Shown here piece by piece: positions 43,937-57,709 of a DNA stretch of 64,000 bases; positions within the stretch are counted from its first letter, which is position 1, and each line of letters starts with the position of its first letter. The position numbers and the translations under genes are program-made. Source of the DNA: Eledone cirrhosa (Eukaryota); contig OZ024753.1 in NCBI GenBank assembly GCA_964016885.1, positions 2,480,001-2,544,000 of the forward strand. Direction: 5' to 3'. The notes beneath the pieces are model-generated. The model was not told the DNA's origin and did no database searches. It saw nothing but the letters and a program-made list of their open reading frames with translations.

Positions 43937-43939
43937 TAG

Positions 43940-43972
<33 letters not shown>

Positions 43973-44128
43973 GTATATATATATGTATATATATATGTAT
44001 ATCTTTATGTATATATATATGTATATATATGTATATGTATATATATATGTATGTATATGTATATATATATGTATATGTATATATATATATGTATATGTAT
44101 GTATATGTGTATATATATGTATATGTGT

Positions 44129-44160
<32 letters not shown>

Positions 44161-44180
44161 GTATATGTATGTATATGTGT

Positions 44181-44212
<32 letters not shown>

Positions 44213-44299
44213 GTATACTGTATATATATATGTATATATATATGTATACTGTATATATATATGTATATATATATACATATATATACTGTATATATATAC

Positions 44300-44358
<59 letters not shown>

Positions 44359-44372
44359 CTGTATATATATAC

Positions 44373-44417
<45 letters not shown>

Positions 44418-44466
44418 TATATATATATATATACATATATATACACATATATATATATATATATAC

Positions 44467-44512
<46 letters not shown>

Positions 44513-44643
44513 ATATACATATACATATATATATACATATACATATATATACATATATATATACATATACATATATATATACATATATATACATATATAT
44601 ATACATATATATATATACATATATATACATATACATATATATA
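43937..44643. repeat. Compound TA array switching from TG- to CA-interrupted
   Basis: Polarity switch near 44220-44280. Confidence 0.95.
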
Positions 44644-45713
44644 CATCATCATCATCATCATCATCAACGTTTAACGTCCGTGTTCCACGCTTGCATGGGT
44701 TTGGACGGGGGTAGTCCCACTTGAGGCAAGAGTGATTGTCTTGCTCACATAGGACTGTCTGGCAGGTTTTCTACAGTTGGATGCCCTTCCTAACACCAAC
44801 CACATTTACAGTGTGGGTCTGGGAGGTTTTTACCGTGTTGCCTACACGGCCACATTACAGCGTGGACTGTGTGTTTTTTTGTCGTGACACCTACACGATC
44901 TCATTTGTTTCGGCCTCGATGGCGCGGCACCAACATAACTTTACATAGAACGGGGTGGTGTGGATCGGGTGGGGGTGGGGGTGGTGGGACGGGGTGTATT
45001 TTGTTAGAGATGCCTACTGGCTGGAGTAGGTTTTACTATATATTTAGGTAAGGCGGGTCTTCTCTGTTACTGAGTACCGCCAAAGGTCTCGGTCCAGTGA
45101 CATTGTCTTGGAGAGGTGTAAGTGTGTGATGTCGGAGTTTATCAGCTCGTCCCAGGTTTTTCTAGGTCTGCCTATTCCGTGACTACCGTCTATCTTTATT
45201 GCCCTGCACTTTGTTATACAGCTATCGACTTTCATGCGCATCACGTGTCCATACCAACGTAGCCTTCTCTCGAGTAAACAACATCTGATCCCTCTTATCT
45301 CTAATTTATTCCTTAGTTCGTTTATGCTTTGCCGTTCACGTATATTACTGTTACACATCCAGCGGAGCATGCAAGCTTCGTTCCTCTCTAGTCTGCGTAT
45401 ATCCTCTGCACACAATGCCCAGGTCTCACTGCCATGCAGCATTGCTGTTCGTATGCAGGCATCGTACAACCTGCCTTTCATTTTTAGTGAGAACCCTTTA
45501 GCAGCTAATAGTGGTATAAGCTCTCTGAACTTTTTCCAACCAGTTCTGACTCTAGCTACAGTACTTTCAGAGCACCCTCCCCCACTGCTGATTTTATCGC
45601 CCAGGTAACGGAAGCTGTCCACTATTTCTATAGAACCCTCTGCGCAATTGAAAGAGCTAGTAGTTTGTGGGCACTTGCTGCTACTTATTGCACCAGAGCA
45701 CCGGCCACATGTA
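44644..45713 (-). mobile_element. 5'-truncated R-A RTE copy, almost identical to the intact element
   Basis: Translated part identical from TCGRCSG to TRLT*; few differences in the 3' UTR. Confidence 0.97.
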
Positions 45714-46053
45714 TACATATATATATATATACATATATATACATATATATACATATACATATATATACATATATATATATATATACATATATATACATAT
45801 ACATATATATATATATATACATATACATACATATACATATATATACATATACATACATATACATATATATATACTGTATATATATATATATATACATATA
45901 CATATACATATACATATATATACATATACATATACATATATATATACAGTATACATATATATATATATACTGTATATACATATACATATATATACATATA
46001 CATATATATACATATATATACATATATATACATATACATATATATACATATAC

Positions 46054-46109
<56 letters not shown>

Positions 46110-46134
46110 GTATATATGTATATATATGTATATA

Positions 46135-46195
<61 letters not shown>

Positions 46196-46214
46196 GTATA
46201 TATATATATGTATA

Positions 46215-46261
<47 letters not shown>

Positions 46262-46367
46262 GTATATATGTATATATATATGTATATATGTATATATATA
46301 TGTATATATATATATATATATATGTGTATATATATATATATATATATACAGTATATATATATATATA
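45714..46367. repeat. Compound TA array switching from CA- to TG-interrupted
   Basis: Switch near 46070-46100. Confidence 0.95.
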
Positions 46368-46864
46368 GATTGCCAGCTAAATCAACTATGGAGATATAAA
46401 AGATATAGAAGCGAAAACCAATGCAAACAAACAGTGAGTGTGTTTTATTATTATAATATTATAACAATATGACCGACCCCAAATATAACAATATATACAT
46501 AGACACACACACATGCACACATCCTTACATATATGGAAAAATATCAATAAGTGTTATTATTACTACAATTATCACTGTCGAGACCCTAATAATATTATTA
46601 ATAGTAACAAATACATTAATAATTGCTGATAGCAAGACAGATTATTGTAATGCTTATATAGATATGGATAATTATATGAATAACAAAATGCTAAAAACCC
46701 TAAATAATTCATAATTATCAATTATTGATTACTAACTATCAATTATTAATTAATATATAACCCTATTAACGATAAATAACAGAAGTAGTGATGATGACAA
46801 CAATAATAATAAAATTAATAACATGGTTATTAATGATAATAGCATCAACAATAATAATTATAAT

Positions 46865-47025
46865 AATAATTGTTTCTACATTTGGCACAAGGTCAGCAAT
46901 TTGAAGTGAGAAGAAAGTCAATTAAATGAACCTCAGTGTATTACTAGGACTTTATTTTATCTACCCTATAAAGATGAAAGCCAAAGCTGACCTTGGTCTG
47001 ATTTGAACTCAGAACATAAAGCAAA
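46865..47025 (-). mobile_element. Truncated S2 SINE in an (aat)n-rich tract
   Basis: attgtttcta..ggcacaagg..gatgaaag..gatttgaactcag. Confidence 0.8.
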
Positions 47026-47029
47026 CAGT

Positions 47030-47330
47030 CCAGATATAATAAAAGATAAAAACAACAAAATGTGCTTTGTGACAGATTGCATTGTGTCTTTCAGGATAGT
47101 AAAAACAATCTCAACATGCGAGGATCTTGAAATAGAGATTGAAAAGATGTGGGCTATGAAGGCCACCACTATTTCAGCAGTAGTTGGAGCACTGGGCCTG
47201 ATAAACAAAGTAACTGACAAACTCTTGGATCACAAAGCCAGGTAAATCTTGTATAAAAGAAATTCAAACAATCGTACTTACTAGAACTGAACCACATTTC
47301 GTGAAGAGCATTATCAATGAAATGTTGAGA
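47030..47330 (+). mobile_element. Decayed restriction-like endonuclease C-terminus of an R4/Dong-type LINE
   Basis: PDII.DKNNKMCF..D...EDLEIEIEKMWAMKATTISAVVGALG...IKEIQTIVL. Confidence 0.75.
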
Positions 47331-49257
47331 AGGCAAATCACATTTACCCCAGGACAAAAGGGTTCACTTGTTTAACATGGTCTTACTACAAGACACACTT
47401 GAGTTGAATGCAGCATTGATTTTCAGTTTCCCTGTACCACCAGGTTACTCATTATGTCTATTGATTTCCTTTCTGTTATTTCAGCAAAATATTAATTACG
47501 TCACTGATTTTCTAAACACATGTACATACCACTACCTCTATAATATGTTTAACCTATCCATTACCAAATAACTTTAATGTATATTTGCTTAGAAAACCTG
47601 TTTTCTTTAGTTTTTATTGATTTTATGTGGTTAACCTTAAATGTTACTCCTACCCTTTAATGCACTTTAAAAAGGCAAAAACAAAAACTCACAAGAACGA
47701 TATAATCTAAACAATTTATGGTCAATTTTGTGTGTTTTATATTATATTGCATCAATTTTCAATAATTCAAATGATAGTGTTAAACAATGCAGGTGATAGA
47801 ATAAAATTCATCAGAATATTTTAATCATAAGAAACTTGCTATTCTCAATTTCATAATATGCTACAGAATTCAGAATATTGTACACATTTATGATTCCATA
47901 TATTTCTCTTGCATAGTTTTATAGAAATCAATAAACAGAAATGTATTGCTGTTTCTTAATGAAATATTTTATGCAGTAATTTTTGAAACGAGAGGCTAAA
48001 AAAGCACATTAATCCGTAATAGCATCTTACGTTATACTATCACCTATTCTCAATAACTTCAAATCGGATAAAAGCAGCACATATTTCATGGGAATCAAAT
48101 TTCAAACTGCCTTAACTTGTAATAAAGACAAAGAGAAATATTATTAAATAAAGAGGAAAATAAACAAAAAGAATATTACATTTTATCTTTAGGAAGTATT
48201 CTTTCATCATTAGGTTACATGTTTACAATACTGTAATATTATTATTTAAAGTCACGGCATTTAACAATATTGCATTTATCTTCTGTATCATCAAACTCAA
48301 CACCAGGTACCTCATTAGTATTATTATTAATTTTGTTTCTAACAGTTTTATATGACTTTCTACTACATCCTCGGTTGAACTTTTGTGTACCTGAAGTGAA
48401 ATTATATATTTACATATTACATTAATTTTGTTTTGTTGTTTTTGCTGTTATTTTAGATTTTTGTCGGTTGTGCAGAGCATGCATAGTTTGAGTTTTATTA
48501 TTTTGTTGAGTTTTTCATACATGCTGTTTTATTTATGTAATGTTCTTTAGGGTGTGACAGTGACTGTGTGGTTATAATAATATCTGGTAACTGTGTTGAA
48601 TGTGATTTGTTTCTGTTATAATATTAACTATTGATTATGTATGAGTTACATGTTGTGTTATGCTGGGTGCTGTTTGTACCATATATTAGCTTGGTCATCT
48701 TATTGAATTGAAAATATCTTTTGTAGGATTTCGACAGTGCTTAACGCATATGACTTTCAAGCTTTTGTAATATTGTAATCCCTGGTATGGTTTTTATGCT
48801 TTTTATAAAACATTTGTAATCATGCTCCACATATTGGTCCGGTTTTCACTTTCCGTCATGCTTATCACAATTTCAAGTTCAAAATAATTCAACAGTTTCT
48901 CTATCTATGATGTTTTGCTACAAGTGACAGGAGATGTCTGTTAAAGTAAAGACATGTTTATTCCAGTATTTTATATTTTTTCTTTTTTGATATCAAATCT
49001 TTTTTATGATAGAAAATGGTTTACATTTAAATGCTTATATTTAATCTAAAACCTTTCAGCAAAATTTTATATAAGAACTTCAGTTAAATTACACTCCAAA
49101 CATCAGAAATAATGAGAAAGTGAGTTATATTATTAAATTCCTTCAATCATTGCCATTCTTCTGATGGTAGTAACGTCCTGTTTTCTTTCCAGCTTACTAA
49201 AATGTTATTTTGTGCTAAATCTAATTTGAAGACTCGCTATTCAAGTATGTTTTGCAG

Positions 49258-49340
49258 ATTCAGCTATAAGAACTTTATTAACACCAACATAGAAAAAACC
49301 CTGTGGACAGCTGTTTTACATCTACAGTTATGGCTTGCAG
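49258..49340 (+). other. Possible exon (83 nt)
   Basis: ttttgcag| acceptor and CAG|GTGAGT donor; one open frame FSYKNFINTNIEKTLWTAVLHLQLWLA, unrecognised. Confidence 0.3.
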
Positions 49341-49407
49341 GTGAGTATTGGAAATTGAACCCAAATGTGTACGTTCGTTGCTGAACTCATTATTAACTCT
49401 CTTGATA

Positions 49408-49621
49408 GGGCGGTGGATTGGCAGTATTGGTAGGGAGTCAGACGGCATGCTTTGCAGCATAGACTTACGCCCCTTTACGGTCTGAGTTCAAATCCTGTCG
49501 AGCTTAACTTTGCTTTTAATCCTCACGGGGTTGATAAAGTAAAGCACCAGTAATGTACTGGGGTCGATTTAATCGACTTTCCTCTTCCCCCAAATTACTG
49601 GCCTTGTGCCTATACTAGAAA
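49408..49621 (+). mobile_element. S2 SINE (long variant)
   Basis: Full head to tail; tcattattaact repeated on both flanks. Confidence 0.9.
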
Positions 49622-49669
49622 TCATTATTAACTTTCTTTTTATTTATGATACATCTACTTATGAGTTGC

Positions 49670-49900
49670 ATGATACTCACAAGCCATTCACCTACATCTA
49701 ATTCTCATAATGATCACCAGAACACATAATGTAGAATACGTTCAAATGCCTTCTCCTGGGCAACGAATAATAGGTATGATTACATGCTTCTAAGAACATC
49801 TCATATAGTTATAACACTAACAAGAATGCATTGGTTGTACCCCTTCTTGGAACACAACTAAACTTGATCTCATTTAAGCTAATTCTGTTTCTAATTTCAG
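49670..49900 (-). mobile_element. Very old RTE RT fragment
   Basis: Collinear decayed similarity to 23630-23850 (cacaagccattca.ctaca.cta..caccag..gccttctcc). Confidence 0.6.
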
Positions 49901-51084
49901 ACTTCTGCAGTTGCCTTTTTGTAAAACATTTCCTTTGCCCATTTATTTTTAGTTACATCAGCAAAAATAGTAAACAAGAAGTATATTGAATAAGCAGGAA
50001 TGGTTGATGATACCAACACCATTCCATTTCACAAGCTCTATAAATCTTATATTTATATTGCTATAGGAAAATAATATAGTAAAATTATCATTTTATCGTT
50101 TAGTTGAAAAATTATTATTGACAATAAAATTATCCATTTTCTGCTTAACTTATTCAATTATTTTGATGATTAAAAAAATTATATTGCACTGATTTTTTTT
50201 TTTATGCAATATAATTTAAGTTAAAATATATATATGTGTGTGTTCATGTATATGGTGTTTAAACAGTATATCTGCAGTTAGAAAACATAAAATATGTAAG
50301 GAAGTTAGCTGACAAATTATTACTACACATGAATGGTGCCATATGGAAAAGATTGATTGCTGTTACTACTTATGCATAAAGATATCTCTTTCTGTGGAGA
50401 GACGTATAGGTCTTGAAATAATGTAAATATGCTGAGGTATTATCAAATAAGCTCCCCTTCCCCAATGGTTTATTTTATCTATGTAAGGCCATCTTTGACT
50501 TTATCTTTTTATGACTGAATTTCTTTCTCGGCTCCTAGATGTGACCATATCTCCTAAGACATTAGTGCAGCCATGCACATGTGTGTGCTTGCATGCATAT
50601 ACAAGCTTACTTATGTGTCCATGAGATTAAACTTGAATCGATATGTCAAAAGATATGTTGAAAGTAGTTGTATAAAAGCATTAAAGATTACATCCATCTT
50701 GTAACCAGTTGAACATTTTCACAAAGAATCTGTCTTCTCACGTCATGTTTGGAAGTTGTGAGATAAGCATTGCAGGCCTAGTGGCTATTTTCAAGTATTC
50801 TCTTTAATACTCTGTAAGCATGAAAGAAAAGGTGCTTTATTACTGATAGAGAATTCTTTCTGAAGCTGCTCTATTTACTTAAAGCAACAACACAATTTCT
50901 ACATTTGGTTAATTCATGACTACAGGTTGAACTTTAAATAAATGTACCTCGGATTTCAAAATAAACAGTAAACTGTTTAGAATTCTGATTTCCTCTTCTC
51001 CTTAGATCCCTTTATAAGGTTAATGTTTTGTTTTGGATTTTGTATCTTGCATTTTTCAGTGTTTTTCCTATTTTCTTCTTTTAA

Positions 51085-51288
51085 ATCTTAACATCTTGTA
51101 ACAGTTTAGTAGAAAACGGGTTTGTTAATTCAAATGTTCATAGTATCTTTACTAATGGACAGATCAATGTTCAAAATTTAAGGTAAACTAAAGACTTTAA
51201 TATTTAATGTGGTGTAGTCATAGTGCTATTTTGATCTTTTGAAGACTGGATTGCAAATGTGGTGTCATGTAGTACAGGATGTTAAGGG
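51085..51288. mobile_element. piggyBac-like MITE
   Basis: TTAA at 51081 and 51289; imperfect TIR atcttaacatcttgta / tacaggatgttaaggg; related decayed right end at ~52720-52800. Confidence 0.6.
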
Positions 51289-51428
51289 TTAAAATAAAAA
51301 CTAGAAGACTTTGTATGAAAAGAGGGACATTTCTAGTAAAATGTAAATTGTGATTTTTATTTTTTTATATTATTTTTATTTTGAAATATAAAATTTGTGC
51401 AGGACCAACACAAACGTCTATAATAATT

Positions 51429-51626
51429 GTTTTCACATTTGGCACAAGGCCAGTAATTTGAAGGGAAGGGAAAAGTCAATTAAATCAATTCCAGTGTGTA
51501 ACTGGTACTTTATTTTATCAACCTCATAAGGATGAAAGGCAAAACTAACCTTGGCAGGATTTGAACTCAGAACATAAAGGGCCATAACTCAGTGTCATAA
51601 AGTATGTTGTCCAATGCTCTACAAAA
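51429..51626 (-). mobile_element. S2 SINE (long variant) with TSD gtctataataat
   Basis: TSD at 51417-51428 and 51627-51638. Confidence 0.88.
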
Positions 51627-52209
51627 GTCTATAATAATAATAGTCAATCGCTATAAATTAATGGGTGAGTAAAAGAATAAGTATCCCTAGAGATGGTAAA
51701 AGTAAACAAAGGCACCTGCAAGGTACCGAGCCCCACATTCCTTGGATGCCAGGTGAATATGTTAACCACATTGCTAGAAAGATACTGGCATTCATTCAAT
51801 TTAATTAGATTTTAAAACCTGCAGCCATGGGAAAAATTGAAATGAATGCGTCCCAATTCAAATAACCTCAATAACAATAGTTGATCACTATGAATAGAGA
51901 AAATTGGGTAAAGTTCCCCTGGAGATGGAAACTCTTAATTAGATTATTCAACTATTATTATGGTCTTTTGCATTTGGATGCACACATTTCAAATTTTTCA
52001 ATTCTTCTGAAGTCAACTATTTAATTTTTTCCACCACCCTCAGCAAATAATCAATAAATTTGGAGACTCTATCCAATAACTAGTTCCAATAGCAATAAGA
52101 TATCCTATCATACTAATAGATTCTTAGAATATATTCAGTATTTATTCCTTTATTTATTTTTTACACAGTAATAAGTTTGATGTTGGTCTTTTCTTCATTC
52201 CCACAGCAA

Positions 52210-52477
52210 GTGTTCCAGTTGATCCTCTCAGCAGAACATCTAATTAACATGCAAGTGGCAGAGCATTCTATAGACATGAATACCTTCAATGTAGTTCTCA
52301 GAGAGATTCAATATGACACAGTGGTATGACAAAGCTGGTTCTTTGAGTTATATGTATGGTTCATTTGTATCCAGTTGAGTGAACTGGAGCAACATGAATA
52401 AAGTGTCTTGTTCAAGGACATAATGCATTGTTGAGTATCAAAATCATGACCTTAACCACTAAGCCACATGCCTTCAC
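52210..52477 (-). mobile_element. Old CORE-type SINE with another tail
   Basis: gtgaaggcatgtggcttagtgg head and ccttgaacaagacacttta core on the minus strand. Confidence 0.75.
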
Positions 52478-53294
52478 AATAACAACTGCGATTTTAATAA
52501 ATTTCCTTGAAACTAGCAAATTGTTGCTAGTTTCTTAACTTGAGGATGTAGAAATAGCAGCTATGGTTTCTGATAAATTGAAAGGTTTTATCTCACTTAG
52601 CTCTGTAATGATTCAACAGAAATTATCTAAAATCAGGGCTTGTTAATGAAAATGTTTATTGTTGATTCATTTAAAAAAAATTACATTAAACTATAGTAAG
52701 GGCTTTACTTCTTAATATAAGGCAGTCATATTGGTGTTTTGAAATTTTTGAAAATGTCTTGTTAATGTGGTTTTATGTGGTACAAGATGTTAGAAGTTAA
52801 TAAGCTCATATTATATCAGTTGCACTGCAGAAGAGATTTATCTGAGGAATTAACTGTTAGGCAAACTAGAAATGCATGAAATATACATGGCAGTTTCTTC
52901 AGTTTTGAACAACTTAATGTTATAAGAATTGCTACTGCTGCCATTGTTGTTATTTGTCAGTGTTGTTGATGTTATATCTGAAATCTAGTGGAATATATCT
53001 CTTCATACATGTTTGATTACATATATCTTCAAATGTATACTTGTGAAAGTTTGTGAGGAAATAGATATGTACACATAAGTGCACAATTCAAGATATATTA
53101 TAATTGAATTTTAGTCAAATGCTGCTCATTATGTCAACATTAAATGTACACAAATTCAAATTAAGCTTGTTAGTCTATTGATAGTGGGGTGTATGTTGGT
53201 ATATGATTGTAGCATTAGGTTACAATAATAGTATTATACCAAATTAGAGTTTGAATATTTATTTAATATGGCTAAACATTGAATCTTCTTAATG

Positions 53295-53556
53295 TGGAGT
53301 TTGGCAGAATCGATAGTGCATTGGAAATCATGCTTACCAGCACAGAGTTACGACTTTTGTAGAGCATTGGACAACATACTTTATGACACTGAATTATGGC
53401 TTTTACATTCTGAGTTCAAATCCTGCCAAGTTTACCTTTGCCTTTCATCCTTACGGGGTCGATAAAATAAAGTACCAGTAATACACTGGCGTTGATTGAA
53501 TTCACTTTCCCCCTCCCCCAAATTGTTGGCCTTGTGCCAAAATCAGAAACCATTAT
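53295..53556 (+). mobile_element. S2 SINE with a duplicated head segment
   Basis: Two successive head segments before gagttcaaatcc. Confidence 0.85.
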
Positions 53557-53616
53557 TATATAAATACATTTTTGCATACATCAGGAAGGGAAATGACATT
53601 AGCATGAGGAAGAGTA

Positions 53617-53672
53617 AACCCTAACCCTAACCCTAACCCTAACCCTAACCCTAACCCTAACCCTAACCCTAA
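53617..53672 (-). repeat. Interstitial telomeric repeat (TTAGGG)9
   Basis: Nine perfect ccctaa units, 53619-53672. Confidence 0.97.
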
Positions 53673-53821
53673 ACAGAAACCAAGTCCTAATCAATCTAAC
53701 CTCAGAATCTGACAGCACATGAAGCATGGAAAATTAACATTAAATAGTGATAATGGTGATGATGATGATGACATGTGTATAAAGAGCCTTGCTCTAAATT
53801 AATTTGGAAATAAATCTTCTT

Positions 53822-53850
53822 GGGGGGTGGGGGGGGGGGGGGGGGGGGGG
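53822..53850 (+). repeat. Poly-G tract (G-quadruplex-capable)
   Basis: gggggg-t followed by a long G run. Confidence 0.85.
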
Positions 53851-53906
53851 TTGACAATTACTGACAACTTAACAGAGAATGCTTTTGGGGGAATTGTAAT
53901 ATGAGA

Positions 53907-54072
53907 GGTAGGCAGCGAATTGGCAGTCATTAGAACATCAGATAAAATGCTTTATGGAATTCGTTCCAGCTCTCTGCTTTCTGCTCTCTGAGTTCAAATC
54001 CTGCCAAGGTCAATTTTGCCTTTCATCCTTTCGAGGTCGATAAGAAAGTACTAGTCTAGTACTGGGGTCGAT
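53907..54072 (+). mobile_element. S2-related SINE, 3' truncated
   Basis: ggcagcgaattggcag..gagttcaaatcc..gcctttcatcctttcgaggtcgataa. Confidence 0.8.
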
Positions 54073-54420
54073 CTTTCTTTCTCATTTCCTCTCTCTCACT
54101 TTGTATCTTTCTCTGGAAGAAATCTGCTGTATTCATGCCTGGAAAGTGATGGGCGCCACCAGGCTTAACATGCCCAAGAAATGCCATATGTCAATATGGC
54201 ATCCCTATGACTCTATCGGGATAAATAATATGAGAGGAAGATGTGAAATTTAAATAACATTGTGGGTAAATAGATAGAGTAGGATAAAACCAGCGAAATG
54301 AGTAGCAGTTTTTATATTACTGCTACCATACCATGTCAATGGCCCGAAACAAATTTCTCAAAACGTTTAACCAACTACATGGAGTTAGCTATCAAGGCGA
54401 AATAAAATCTACTGTTTTAA

Positions 54421-54617
54421 CCCTTTCGTATTCACATTACTCTATATATACTATTATATTTTCATGGTAATTGCTTTATCTTACATAATATCAAATCTAT
54501 GAGATTTTGAAAGTATTTATTTTGAGAACAATATCTTAACATCAGTTTGAGTGACCAGTTACAGCCAGTTTCAACAGAAAAAGGTAGAGAATTCTGACCG
54601 GTTTGAACATTAAAGGG
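54421..54617. mobile_element. piggyBac-like MITE (197 bp)
   Basis: TTAA-cccttt...aaaggg-TTAA, with imperfect TIR ccctttcgtattca / tgaacattaaaggg. Confidence 0.7.
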
Positions 54618-57600
54618 TTAAATAGTGGAACTGAAGACCTGAACTAAATTTCTAGCTGAACAAAATGTTACCTAGAAGGAGATTTTTGTTGCTCCTGCTA
54701 TTGAGCTCCCAAACACAGCATATAAGTTATCAGTCTAGTGAAATGCTGCAGTCAGTAAAAGGAAATAATAATAAATAATGTTTAATGATTTTACTGCCAG
54801 CAAAATTTTGGATGCTGCCAAATTCTTTGAAAATGAACCAATAAACAAATTTACCAAGTTTGTCTGGATGCAATGATTCAAGACAAATTTGATATAGCTA
54901 GATGGAAAAAGAGAAGGGAAGAAAGAGAGAAAGAAGTTCAGTAATCAGTTTCAGAAAAGCTTCAGGTAGGCAAACTTCATAACTTCATCCACCAACCATA
55001 TTATAATTTCTATTTAACCAACAAATAATAACCTATACATTCTTCTTGTAGTATTGGTAGTAATTCCTCTTGCTTAATTATCACTGTGTGTGTGCAGTTA
55101 TCATAGTTTACTAACAAGAACTTTCTAGTTGGAAGTAAACCGTGGAGACATTTGATATTATTGTAGTTTCTCCAGTAGAAGTTCAATGTTGCAAGAGAAG
55201 CTGAACTGAGCTGAAACTGTGTCAGTCAATTTATTTGAAATCTGAAACTTCAGAGGACTGTGTTTGGTGTAGCAAACTGCATTATATTTGAAATGTAATT
55301 CCACCTTGGTCACTGTACCATTGGAACCTGGAGATATTTATTTCACTACATTGATAAAGCAATTGTTGATGCAGTAGGTATTGTTGGCTGTTCTCTGCAG
55401 CAATACTTTTGCCATTTTGTATACGGGGCAAAGCTGAAATTTACTGCCTAGACTGGAGTGCAGAAGTTGCCACTCCCACTCGCTTTCCCTTATTTTCACT
55501 ATTTATTTTCTTCTGTTTCTACTTGTTTTATATGGAAACATTATATTCTCTAGTTGGAGTTTGTTAAATAATATTGAAAAGTTCAAAATCAATGTTATTG
55601 GAGAGAAAAAGAAAAGAATGTTTGGCTAGATAGTTCCACTGTACAGAACACTCAAATATACTAACATACTCAGATAAAAGTTTATATTTTGTCTACTTAT
55701 AACTGTACACACTAACCATTACATGACACTGTCTAGTTATAGCTTTATTATGTTATGAATATAATCAAATTATTTAGTACATTAGACATGAAATATTTAA
55801 ATCAGAAATAGATCTGTCAATTTGACTGTAATGCCTGAGCAAATTATGTAATCTCTTGTGAAATTCAGCTATTGTCTGTTCCATTAGGAAAGATTTTAGA
55901 CAGTTGCTACAAAAGTGTAATCTTAAAGGAAGTGTTTCATCGCAATATCAAACACTTATCCATCTATTTTATATGGTATTTATAAAGGAAAAATAGTCAA
56001 TGCTAATTCATTTGTTACAATATATAACACTGTTAATTCCTTAGTTAGGATGCCTAACAAGCTTTAACTGTTTGTAGGCCAGTCATCTAACTGATGTGTT
56101 AAACATTCATATCACAAGTATATTATTAAATGTGTGGCAAAGATATTCACCACTCAATGGCCCAAGCTAATGCAGAATGTTAATACATTCTGACTGACTA
56201 GAAACTGAATAATAAAAGATAATCTTAATAGTTTGGTGTGTCGTTTTCAAGTCTCTCCATTTATACCAGGGATAGATTGTCAACCTGTTTAGTGGTAGAT
56301 ATGTCTCAAAATTATTTAATGCTTTGGGTAAAACAAGGGTTAAGAATAAAGATATGAAATATTTCATCATTGCTCACAAATAACAATTTTGCAATGAAGT
56401 GATATTTAATTATAATGACAGTAATATATTCATATACTAATGAAGTGAAGAGTAGGAAAAAATGTTTGTTATTGATTAAAGTAGTCTTCTACTAGTAGTT
56501 AAATATGTAAACTAATCTTCAATGTATCATAGTTATAGCTTTGTTATTATAAAGCTAAGGTTAATTGATTCAAATTAAATTTAAATCAAATTTATACTGG
56601 GAAAAAAGAAAATATTTCAAAGTTAAATTCATATATTCGCTTGATTGTAGTACTGAACAAACACAAAAAAATAATTCTCTCTCTCTCTAACACACACACA
56701 CACACACACTTATGAATATACTCTTTATTTTCATATTATTTTCAGTTTCACATACATTCATGTGTATGTAATTGTTTTCCTTATTTTTGTTGTCTTTATT
56801 CAATATTGATATAGCTGAGCATTAAAATTAATCATCTATTAAACTGTAAGTATGATTTACTGAGATTTATTGCCAAACAAATAATCACATTTTAAAAAAA
56901 TGTGTTATGTCTTAATTCAGATAATATTTGTAGATTGTCTGGCATTCTCCTAACTTCCTCCCCAGGATTTTAAAATGTTCTTATGTTGATGTGTGTAAGA
57001 GAGAGTTTGTCAGTTTTGACCTAACGCTTACACTGTCTTATTTAATCATTTTCTATGAAATATCATTTTTATTATTCAAAAAGTATTTCAAACAACAATC
57101 TAAAGAGATTAGGTATTTTTAAATCAAATGTAAAGAAGAGAAAAAATCTAATTGTTCAAGATATTTTTATTTATATTCTTTTTTTAGTTCCATTCAGCAG
57201 ACTTCAATATATGTTTAGTAACAAATATAAAGCTGAAATAAATAACAGGTTTTCTTTTTCAGTTTCATTGTTCATTCCTTATTTTAAATCATATGCTTAT
57301 GGTCTTGTTGGAACATTCTGATAGTTAGATAATTTCATATCTCTTGCAAGTTACCAGTTTTTCTTACTTCATATAAAGATGTTGTCATGATCTATTTTCT
57401 CTCTTCTATTGCCAGCACCTTGGTATAAATTATAAATTATGACACTTGAATTTTGTATCTTCTAATCTCTCTAGAAATAAGTTGTTATTGTGTGAGATAA
57501 ATCAATTAGGAAAAAGTAAATAGAACAATACAGTACACAGTTTAATGTTTGATACAGAGGAAAAAGAGTTTTAACCTTTTGAGCATTAGTCCTTCATTAG

Positions 57601-57656
57601 AAGATAGAATAAAAGAGAGAAAGAAAGGAATAAATAGAAAGATAGATAATAGTAAT

Positions 57657-57709
57657 TGTTTCTACTTTAGGCACAAGGCCAGCAATTACCCAGTGCATTA
57701 CTGGTACTT
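57657..57709 (-). mobile_element. 53-bp S2 SINE tail with perfect 20-bp TSD
   Basis: gaaagatagataatagtaat at 57637-57656 and 57710-57729. Confidence 0.92.
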
